Of a stretch of 64,000 nucleotides of DNA, positions 40,630 to 51,229 are shown piece by piece (the first letter of the stretch is position 1; the number at the start of each line of letters is the position of its first letter). Origin of the DNA: Octopus vulgaris (lineage: Eukaryota); the NCBI GenBank assembly GCA_951406725.2, contig OX597815.1, positions 92,318,001-92,382,000 of the forward strand, written 5' to 3'. The notes under the pieces were generated by a model. That model saw only the letters and a list, made by a program, of their open reading frames with translations. It made no database searches and was not told the DNA's origin. The translations under genes were made by a program, and so were the position numbers.

Positions 40630-41890
40630 ATAATTAAGAGAAATAACCTCTATTAAGCAATTCAATAGTGAAAGACAGTATCTATATTATATAGAAAAAA
40701 TTTAAATATACTATAATAAAAATTATTCAAAAATATCAATAAATAAATAATCATTAAATTGACTACGCACGTTTAGTGACTATATCTTTAAATTGATAAT
40801 AATAAAATCGATACTATTAAAATTAATTCAATTTAAAATTAATGATTTAAAAATATAGCCACTCTTCAGGTCTACAATAATAAAATAAATAAATGTATCT
40901 AAACATAATAATTAACAAATAAATATAGAAATATACATATCGTAACAATAAATAATCGAATAAAATTTAACAATATTAATGAAAAATAAAATGATAACTT
41001 ATCTTATTGAAGAATACCAGTTTAACTGAAATTTTAAATGTTAAACTTAGAACCTAGCGTTTCTAAGAAATTTATCACATGAAAACATGGCGTAAATAAT
41101 AACTATAGAATAAATAGATAGAAATAAGTATTTTAGCTGTGAAAATAACAATATGCATTTTAGCTGTGAAAATAAGAAATAAACTAGATATAATATACCA
41201 TTTACTGGAAAAAAATTCTAAATAATTTAAAACTAAAATACGTAAAATAAACTAAATTTGTATTGCTTAATCTATATTCATCAATTTATTTAATCTTATT
41301 CTAATTATGTAATAAACACTACATAATCTACTGCTAATTTATACTCATTATACTACTACAAATTATAACTACAAAAATTATTAACATAAATCGGGGTTTA
41401 TATATATACACAAATTAGTTTAACTTATTATATAAGTAATTTAACTTATGTCTACATTTAATTTTTCACTCATCTTGGGAATTAATTCACTTTTTATTAT
41501 CAGATAGTAATATCTCCATAAATTCATTTGTATAGAGTAAACAAAAATTATTACCTATTTGATAAGATTTAGCTTTACAAACTATCTCCCAACTTAAATT
41601 GTACTTAATTCCTTTAGATTTCAATTCCCATATATACTTGCTAAGGCCAGTAGAATTAATCAATGTTTTATTCTTAAATGAATTAATTTTAAATCGAATT
41701 AATTTTAATAGTATCGATTTTATTATTATTGATTTAAAGATATAGTCATGAAACACACATAGTTAATTTAATGTTTATTTATTTATTGACTTTTTGAATA
41801 ATTTTTATTATAGTATATTTAAATTTTTTTTATATAATATAATGTCTTTCACTATTGAATTGCTTAATAGAGGTTATTTCTCTTAATTAT
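40630..41890 (-). mobile_element. 5'-truncated Penelope-like retroelement with inverted terminal repeat
   Basis: Minus-strand GIY-YIG-type C-terminus STGLSKYIWELKSKGIKYNLSWEIVCKAKSYQIGNNFCLL..CRHK (~41670-41440). Arms 40630-40853 and 41671-41890 are inverted. Hammerhead motif at 40761-40873. Confidence 0.85.
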
Positions 41891-42054
41891 ATACATATAT
41901 TATATATTGTAAAATTTGATTTAGAATTGCTAAATTGAATTTTTCCCTGTAAATTTTGAATTATATTCCCTACTATTATTATTAATAATAATATACATAC
42001 ATATATATATAAATATATAATATACACACACACACACACATATATATATATAGC

Positions 42055-42092
<38 letters not shown>

Positions 42093-42207
42093 TACATATA
42101 TATAGAGTGATATAAATATATATATATATACATACACACACACACATTCATATGTATGCACGTATACACACACACACACAATACAGTGCTGGTGGGACAC
42201 CTGACTA

Positions 42208-42276
42208 TCAAATTGAAATAGCAGGAACTATCATGTCTTCCATGCAGCCTCTTATGGAAACGTGTTGCCAGCCACC
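42208..42276 (-). CDS. TECPR1: TECPR1-like terminal coding exon
   Basis: ttttgcAG acceptor; GGWQHVSIRGCMEDMIVPAISI*. Matches the TECPR1 C-terminal GGWxHxSxR motif; phase 0. Confidence 0.85.
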   Translation of the reverse strand, partial: GGWQHVSIRGCMEDMIVPAISI

Positions 42277-42611
42277 CTGCAAAACACAAATACAAGCAGA
42301 ATTGAATTAAAATCCAAGAAATAATCAAACTTTCCACATAAGATAATATATAAAATTAAATAAATAGGACTACTGCAGATACTTGTGATTGCCAAGCATA
42401 ACCTCACTTCCTCTCATTAACAACTGGAAATTAATGCAAGATATATCTCATTTTCACACTTAGAGATGTTTGTTGAACATGCTCTCATTTATAGCAGTGT
42501 TACCCACTCAGATGTGATATTTTATGGTGTTAGCAATGTAATGTTCTTGATCACACAGCAGAAACATTTTAAGTGAAATGTGAGTAGTGAAACAGTATGT
42601 ACTGAACAATA

Positions 42612-43170
42612 TAATAATAATAATGAACTTATTGTATACAGTGCTCAGGTGCACTGCAACTCATCAGAAAAAGGAGCCAAAAGTGCAAGAACAGTACATA
42701 GAATAATGCACAGGGAGTGAATAGTATACAAGTTGTTAAAACAAAAAAAGTGTGGGCAGGGCACATCAGGTGTACTGTTGGCAAATTTCAGGAAGCATGG
42801 AAATTTCGAAGGATGTTGTGTCTTCACAGCTAACAAATGATGAAGGTAGTTTACTCCATGCTTCAACAATTTTTGCATGAAAAAATGTTTTCGAAAGTCA
42901 TGGGTACTGTTGTTTTTTTTTATTTTGTAAGCATGTCTACAAGTATTAGACATATGGAATTCAAAAAGATAACCAAGGTTGTTATTGGAAAGGTGGTGGA
43001 TAATCTTGTAGGTGTCTACCAAATCAGTTGTCAGATGTCAGAGCTTTAATGTGTCCATGCCCAGGGAAATAAGATGTTCAGCGTATGGCAGGTACACATC
43101 TGGTTGAACATTTCTGAACAAGATAGGGCTTCCAGATGTGTGATGCAAATTCTAAGTGTGAACATAAATA
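42612..43170 (-). mobile_element. CR1/L2-group LINE 3' fragment
   Basis: ORF end LVDTYKIIHHL..NTCRHAYKIKK..DFRKHFF, short 3' UTR and (TTA)n tail. Second copy of the same family at 55397-55850. Confidence 0.75.
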
Positions 43171-44952
43171 TATACAGAATATTGTATTACAGTGATACTT
43201 TAGTGTAGAAGGCAAACAGAGCATACTGGACATTATATTTCAGTAGTATAGTGCGGAAGTGAAACAGTGCATTCAACACTATAATACAGCAGAGTAAAGT
43301 GGTGAGTGAAATAATAGTGTAGTGAACATCTATGATAGAGTAATTAGCTTATGCTGAATCCTAGAGAGAGAGACAGTTTGAAATAGTAAAAGGAGGACTG
43401 ATAAATATAGAGAAATAGAAAGTAGAAAATGCACACACACATGCACGACACAAACACAAACCCTATCCCACAAAAAAAATAATAAAAATGCTAGTTAAAT
43501 GATCATATTATTTTAGGACAGGATGATGTGCTAAAGACTGAATGGGAAATAATTAAGGATGAGTTAAGCTTTTATTGTAATCAATATTATATTAATTATC
43601 AGAGGAGGAGGAAGAGGAGCAGTGGATGACAGAAACTATTTTATTATCTCTCTTTATATTCCAAGTTCAGGTCCCACCATTTTAAGCCTTCTGAGATTGT
43701 TGTTCTTTAACCCCAGGTCAGACCTAACTGAATAGAGCTCTTATCAAAGAAATTCTATGTAAGACCATCCCATCTTACTTTTAGGCATAATATATCTAGG
43801 ACTCTACCATTGAATGTATTACGTAAAAAGCACCCATTACACTCTTGGAGTGGTTGGTATTAGAAAGGGTATCCCAGCCATAGAAACCATGCCAAATCAG
43901 ACTGGTACTTGGAGCAGCTCTCCAGCTTACCAGTTTCAGTCAAGCCATCTAACCCATGCCAGCATGGAAAGCGGATGCTAAATGTAACTTGGTTACTATT
44001 TTTAGCAGGTTGAGTGACCACCTAGAGGCTCCCTTTGATAAAAATAATAGATACCACTTATTATTGGAGTTGACTAAATTGACTAGGCTTCATCAATGTT
44101 AGAGACCTAAAAATCTTTGCTTGAGTAGGGTCCTACATCCAGGACATTTCAGCCTATTGACATTGATGTCAGTGTCAATATTCAGTTTGAACTCCAATGA
44201 AGAAAATGTGAATGGTAGAAGGGACTGGCAAAATGTTTTACTGTGGGATCAGAAGAGTCAGACAGTTATTGTGTAGAACCAGGTTAGCCCGGGTAGAGCA
44301 GACCTATAGTGAAAGACACTCCATCCTTGACTATCTCTTCTTTAATTTAAACAATATATCTAGGACCATATTATCCAATAGGTCCTTTTTTTAAAAAGAC
44401 TTGTAAGGTATGATTTAAGTAAGATTTGGGTGCTATTTCTTGCTGGTCGAGTGACATATAGAGGCTTCGTCAACAGTAGAAATTTGTTGGAAGGAAGGTG
44501 CAACAGCTGGATTGGAGTAGAGGTAGTACACAGCTAACTAGTTTAGGGGGTCAGAAACCATTGTAATAGCAGTAGTAGATAGAGAGAAGACAGATTGTTG
44601 TTGTTTTTAATCAGAGAGCTTTCAATGAATAAAGCCATGAACAAATACATTTCAGCCAGCCATGATTATTTCTTCTTTGAGCTGCAAAATCAAAGGGGGC
44701 TCTTTTTTAAAGATAATAAGCTATGACTGGAGGAAGATTTGGGCGCTATTTCTAGCAGGTCAAGTGACCATGTAGATACTTGGATGTCAGATTAATTAAT
44801 GAAGGCGATAAATTGAGTTACATTTAAGATAATATGAAATAGATTCCAGAGAAATATTTAGCAAGTAATTTTCATTATTCATATGTCAAGCTAATGACTG
44901 AACAATGAAAACGTTGGTGATTGATTGTAGGGGGATACTGAGTGTGTGTGTA

Positions 44953-45011
<59 letters not shown>

Positions 45012-45580
45012 ATATAGCTAAAAGCAAGGATCAGGATTAGAGGTTTTTCAGTAATGAGACTCAAATTTGAGTAACTATACATTGAGGCTCTGTTCTAATA
45101 ATTACTTCTTTATGGACTTGTTTGTGAAAGCATTTGTAAGAGATTATACTGCCAGAACTGATTATCAATGCAGAATTATTCCTGTAATTCTGATTGGCAT
45201 TTAAAATTTGGAAGGGAAAAATTCAATGTAAACATGCTAAAAGTGAACAAAAACAAGACAACAGTATGTCCATTCTAGCCATGATCATCATGTCTAAAAT
45301 TTATCTCGGAATATATTATTCAATATATCTCACTGTACAGCACATAGTGTAAGTGCCTTCTACTACAGTCTCAGGTGAAGTGGAAATAATAAGGAATGAA
45401 CAAAGAAACTTCTACATGGCCATTTGACCTTCAGAAATAGAAACCAAATTTTTCTCAAATTACATCCTACTGCTTTGTAAAGGAAGGCACACATTTTATC
45501 ATGTAGTCCTAGAGAAGGTCAAAGTTGGTCATAGCTGAATGATTTGATCAGTTAGAACTGTTTTGGGCTAAACAACAACA

Positions 45581-46831
45581 ATGACGGTAGACAAGTCAAA
45601 AACGCCTTCAGGTAGATGGCCCTGCTCAATCTATAGAAAAGGCGTAGGTAGAAACTCTATAAGATGCACCAAGTGTAAGCTATGGACACATAAGAGGTGC
45701 AGCAACATCAAAGGAAGGCTAACTAGGAAGATAGTTTTTGTATGTGGCAGATGCTCAGGAGCAATAAACACTGAAAATGCGCAGAGACCAACTTCCGCCA
45801 CATTCCATGGAGAAAAACTAGAAATAGTTGATAGTTTCCATTACCAGTAGCGGGGGCGGGTGTGTTGAAAGTGTAACTGCTAGAGTAAGAATAGCCAGGG
45901 CAAAGTTCAGAGAGCTCTTACTTCTGCTAGGGACAAAAGGCCTCTCACTCAGAGTAAAAGGCAGACTGTATGATGCATGTGTACGAATAGCCATGCTACA
46001 TAGCAGTGAAACATGGGCCGTGACTGCTGAGGATATGCGTAAGCTCGCAAGAAATGAAGCCAGTATGCTCCGATGGATGTGTAATGTCAGTGTTCATGCT
46101 CGACAGAGTGTAAGTACCTTGAGAGAAAAGTTGTGGTGTGCAAGAGAGACGTTTGCGCTGGTATGGTCATGTGTTGTGAATGGATGAAGATAGTTGTGTG
46201 AAAAAGTGCCACACCCTAGCAGTTGAGGGAACCTGTGGAAGAGGTAGACCCAGGAAAACCTGGGACGAGGTGGTGAAGCACGACCTTCGAACTTTAGGTC
46301 TCACCAAGGAAATGACTAGAGACTGAGACCTTTGGAAGTATGCAGTGCGTGAGAAGATCTGGCAGGACAAGTGAAACCATAACCCGTAGCCTCTACCTGG
46401 GATGTAGCCAGTCCACCTATACCAGTCCACTTATGCATACCTTTCCTTCTTGGGACACAAAACTCTACTTGTGAAGACCTGTTGAGGCAAATGAAAATCA
46501 AAATCAAAATCGATCAACATCAATGGAAATTGTAGCTGTGATACCAGTGCCGGTGGCACTAAGAGAACCATCCGAACGTGGCCATTGCCAGCGCCGCCCC
46601 GACTGGCCTCCGTGCCGGTGGCACATAAAAAGCACCATCCAATTGTGGCCATTTGCCAGCCTCGCCTGGCACGTAAAAAGCACCCACTACACTCATGGAG
46701 TGGTTGGCGTTAAGAAGGGCATCCAGCCGTAGAAACATTGCCAGATCAGACTGGCTTCCCAGACCCCAGTTGAACCGTCCAACCCATGCCAGCATGGGAA
46801 GCGGACGCTAAACGATGATAATGATGATGAT
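45581..46831 (+). mobile_element. 5'-truncated RTE-clade LINE
   Basis: Peptides GRWPCSI.RKGVGRNSIRC.., EKLEIVDSFHY, KGRLYDACVR..MLHSSETWAV, GRGRPRKTWDEVVK; structured 3' UTR; (GAT)n tail ending ~30 bp from a TECPR1 donor site. Confidence 0.92.
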
Positions 46832-46860
46832 GTAGATTTTATGAAAATATTTTCACTTAC

Positions 46861-46980
46861 CCCAATAACCTTTTGCCATCCTGTACCAGTTGGACATTCA
46901 GCAGTGATTCCTAATCTTTGGTAGACACTTCCTCCTTCAGTCACAGATTTCATAAAACCAGCTTCAACAACTACCCACAA
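46861..46980 (-). CDS. TECPR1: TECPR1-like coding exon
   Basis: tttAG acceptor; LWVVVEAGFMKSVTEGGSVYQRLGITAECPTGTGWQKVIG; donor GTAAGT; 120 nt, phase 0-0. Confidence 0.88.
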
Positions 46981-47911
46981 CTAAAGTTAAAGAAAAACTC
47001 ATAGATTTACTAGAAAAACCACAGCTTTATAGTGTATAAATAACAGAGAAAATATTTTAGATTCACAATGAAACTTTCTGAAATTATCATGTAGTTATTA
47101 AATGTGTGTTTTTGAAACAAAGAAACACAGACAGAAAGAGTTTGTAAAACAAATAGATAGCGAGTATGAAAGGACTGCTTCACTATTTACCCTGAGCTGT
47201 GATATCTTCTCTTTTACTTGTTTCAGTCATTGGACTGCAGTCATGTTGGAACACTGCCTTGAAGGGTTTAGTCAAACAAATCAACCCAAATGATTATTTT
47301 AAGTTTGGTACTTATTCTATCAAGCTTTTGCCAAATCACTAAATTGTAGGGATGTAAACAAAGCAGCACTGGTTGTCAAGTGGTAGGGTGACAAACACAA
47401 AGAGATGCATATAATTAAAACTATGGTGTAGTCTACACTGAAGATGTACTGTACTTCTGCTGCCAAAAGTTTTCAGAAACTACACTATGTAGATACTCCC
47501 TCTTTGGCTGGGTACTGAAGCAATTGTTCTCGCAGCTGAATAGATGTTATTTCCTACTACTAACTACTGAACTGGGAAGTAGGAAAAGGAGGAACCTGTT
47601 TGTTCAGTTAGGTAAGTTAGAGTAAGCAGAATTAAATGTCTTGATCTTTATTACACCCAACAATGAATGTAGTGAGATCTGAACTAATAACTATAACTAT
47701 GTTGTCAGTAGTTTAATACCTTAACATCACCCATTGTACCTCAGTATGCTATAGTGAATATAATATATTCACTATAGCATTTAATAGTAAACAATGAAAT
47801 ACATAAATATTATTATGTTGAGGCACTGAACTAATAATTTCAATATACAGTACAGACCACCTGGAATCAGAACAACTTTTATAGACTTGTGTATTCCTGT
47901 AAATGTCTTAC

Positions 47912-48117
47912 CTGGTCTTTTGGTCCAACAGATACTCTCCGTACCTGACTAGCGATTTTAGTCCAACATGTTCCCTCAGGGAATATCGGTGTTATGTCAT
48001 TGCGAAACCAGAGGTTACTTTGGATATCAACAGCCCATACACTTGTGACGCCAACAGAGATTTGGTGAAGAACATGATCACATGGTGGAGGAGGAATGAC
48101 GTGGAACCAGCAGTTAC
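47912..48117 (-). CDS. TECPR1: TECPR1-like coding exon (tectonin beta-propeller repeats)
   Basis: (G)NCWFHVIPPPP..ISVGVTSVWAVD..FPEGTCWTKIASQVRRVSVGPKDQ; AG / GTAAGA boundaries; 206 nt, phase 1-0. Confidence 0.92.
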
Positions 48118-48139
48118 CTATAAACAAATGAAGGAAATA

Positions 48140-48530
48140 CAAGGTCTAATCAAAAAGTATAGGAACTGGTGCTATAAGAAGAAAGTTACAACAAATGTCA
48201 GTTCAGCATTTTATCTCCTCTGAAGTAGTTCCCTTCTGAAGCCACACACTCTATCCAGCATTGTTACCATAGGAAGCATTCCTGGAACTCCTTTTTTGGA
48301 ATAGCAAGCAACTGCCTCATCACATTCTCTTAGATTTCCTTGATGTTTTGAAATATTATTCCTTTCAAGTGAGATTTGATTTTTGCCTTGATTTCGGGGT
48401 CATAGCCATAGACCCATGATTTGTCACCTGTTATGACCATTTTCAAAAGTTTTCCTCTACCTTGACACAATCAAGGAGATCCTGTGCAGCTGAAACCCAA
48501 TCTTCTTTTTGAGATGACCATACTCTACAC
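48140..48530 (-). mobile_element. Internally deleted mariner remnant
   Basis: Minus-strand KMVITGDKSWVYGYDPEIK (first catalytic Asp motif) and C-terminal CVASEGNYF.GD, ending ~20 bp from a TECPR1 acceptor. Confidence 0.75.
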
Positions 48531-48826
48531 ACTTTACTTCTATACTCTGTATTGTAAACTATATAGACTGAGTGTAAAAGGTGTATTTGAGAAACTGATA
48601 TATGAGGTTGGTGGAGGATGATGGGCATGTTTATGGTATACGAAGAGAGATATAGAAAGAAATAGGTTAGACCTGATAATGTTGTGTCTTCCAGTGAGAT
48701 GTCACAGGATGAAAATATTGGCATAGACAGCCTACTGCAAATCTGACTAAACCGTTAATCTGATAATGGTACTGATGATGAAGTATTAAATGTAGCAGAC
48801 AGTGGTGAAGGCAATGAAATGTTTAC

Positions 48827-48968
48827 CGGCTGGATTATTGAGAGAAACTCCACAACGAAACCATGCTGAACCATCTTTGGCAATAGCCCACACTCGGAAC
48901 TCTCCTCCCACAGATATAGCTTGGAATGGTTGATCAGTTGCTGTGGGTATATGCTGCCAATAAGCACC
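48827..48968 (-). CDS. TECPR1: TECPR1-like coding exon
   Basis: GAYWQHIPTATDQPFQAISVGGEFRVWAIAKDGSAWFRCGVSLNNPA(G); ttcAG / GTAAAC boundaries; 142 nt, phase 0-1. Confidence 0.92.
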
Positions 48969-49781
48969 CTGAAATACAAATTAACACAAACTGAAAAATA
49001 CACACTCTAAATGAAAGATGCTATGTAATTTAGATGGAGTGTTCATAATGTTACCTATCTAATAATCTGTTGTAAGGGTAGATGGATAAAGTACAATTGA
49101 AGACTTCCAACTTTCTATGGAGATTCCAGAGAACAGAAACTGAAGTGCTTCTCAATTGTATTCTAACTGACATTGGAGCTGGTGCTACAAGCTAACTGAA
49201 CTGTCAATTACACAGTATTTTGGATCCTTAAATACATATGTAAACATTACAGAGAACATGAAACCATGAAGAAGCCCCTATCTGCTCAAAATCGTACTCT
49301 AGTGTCTGAAACCTCTCTTGTACTCCCTGTTTGTAAGTATATGTATAAACATAGACACATGTATTAATGTATGTGTATACATATCGTCCAAAAATGCAAA
49401 AATAAAACAACAAAAAAGCACAAAGACAAGGTGGAAGAACAACAAACAGGGTGTAATAGTTTCTATGTTATAGAATTTAATGTTCTAGCAAAGAAATTTT
49501 ACTTCCATTAATTTATAGCTCATCTGAAGCAGATTATTTTGAATATGTAAATGTAGATTCAAAATAATTGGTTTCAGAGGAATTATGAATTAGTGAAAGC
49601 AGTTTCTTTGCTAAAACATTAAAACTGTAACTATATAACATTTCATATATATATATATATATATTTATTTAGTTGAATATGGTACTTAAGTTAAAGGCAC
49701 CAGAATTTGGTATAGTAATATCCATATAATTCAAAATGGGGTGATTATAATCAAAATAAGCAACAAGGATATCCAAAGGTA

Positions 49782-49871
49782 ATGCAGTACGATCGTTTCA
49801 TGCGACTTCGTTTAATTAAACAATGCAAGTATTACATCAGTTTTAAAATGTAGAGCAATCTTCAGCTGCAT
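49782..49871 (-). ncRNA. Minimal type I hammerhead ribozyme motif (Penelope-type)
   Basis: Minus strand reads AUGCAG-CUGAAGA-[uUGC..60 nt..GCAu]-GAAAC-GAUC-GUA-CUGCAU: 6-bp stem I, intact core boxes, palindromic stem III. Confidence 0.7.
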
Positions 49872-51036
49872 AAGGAATTTTTAGTTAAATTGAAAAGATT
49901 TATTTTTATACTTATTCCATTTACCAACATCACAAAGAGGACAGGTAGATAGACAGAGAGACTAGTCTCATCAACAGAAACATGGTAATAAATGATATTT
50001 ATTCATAGATACACTACTTATCACTGAATTTACTTTGTTATTTAGATTTACTATTGGGAGAAGGGGTTTAATATTATTCTATTAAGTCTAGTGGAGACAA
50101 CACCAAGAATCTATTTTTTATAGATAGAGGAAGAGACAGTTTAAGTGGCAGAGCCATAAATCAAGCTCTCTTTGAAGAACGTCTTCTGGTACAGTTGAAT
50201 GTATTTCAGCTAAAATTAGTAGGCCAAAGCTGATGGGGTAGGGAGAATAGAAACTTTTAATACTTAACTAGTTAAGTATTCTTCTCTGAGCTATTAACTT
50301 GTGTACTACCCCAGTCCAAGTCCACCCAATGCATCCACCTCTTCCATCATAATCCCTGCTCCAAACTATGCATTAAACACTTGACCTAAACATTCAATTG
50401 CCATCAACCAGAAAGTCTTCTCCTGGAATATATCCCCTGCCAATATTTGTCTTTTACAAGAGAAATTTGTAGAAGTTCAAATTGAATAAGAACTATGATA
50501 AGTTAAGAGTTTATGAATTAGTAACAGAGAATCTTTTTAATACTAGAGGTCAAATGCAAGTGTATAAGAACTAGTAGAAGAGCATTAATATTGAAAAAAA
50601 CAATAAATTTTTTATATAACAGATCTTTAGATAAGCAACATGTATTAAATTACTGTTTTGGCCTTAAGGCCTAAGCCCGTTTTTCATTTTTCATATGGAA
50701 TTTTAGAGACTTCATCAGATCATATAGTTTCAGATTTAAATTTGGATGAAATTTCAATTGTGGGCAAAGGAGGGTTCATTATCCCTGACCTGGTTACATA
50801 TTTCACTATAACTACCTAACACCTTAACAAAAAAGGTGTAATGTAGTCCCAGATATACCGCATCAGAAGAAATATGAGATAGTCATGGCTGGAACACCTT
50901 TGACCACAGGTCTGCTGAATAACAATTTTACTAGCTTAGAAAGAAGAACTTGCATGTGTCATTGGCATTAGTCTTCTTCTCTGGACGTAAGTGTAAAGAA
51001 AAACAAGACAGATTGAAAAAGACAATATTGTGTTAC

Positions 51037-51229
51037 CTGTGGTGTACTTGGGGTAACCCCCCGACGGCAAAGTACATCTCCGTTCCAGCCAACTGCCCAT
51101 ACAGCAACAGGTTGTGAGTAAAGAGACTGATTGTCTGTTAGATGAAGGTCAGCTACTTGAATAGATATATCCAGTAATTTTGTGGGGCCAATCTCAAGCC
51201 AGGGACCACGTGTAGAGATTTTACATTTC
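51037..51229 (-). CDS. TECPR1: TECPR1-like coding exon
   Basis: (R)KCKISTRGPWLEIGPTKLLDISI...VAVWAVGWNGDVLCRRGVTPSTPQ; tttcAG / GTAACA boundaries; 193 nt, phase 2-0. Confidence 0.92.
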
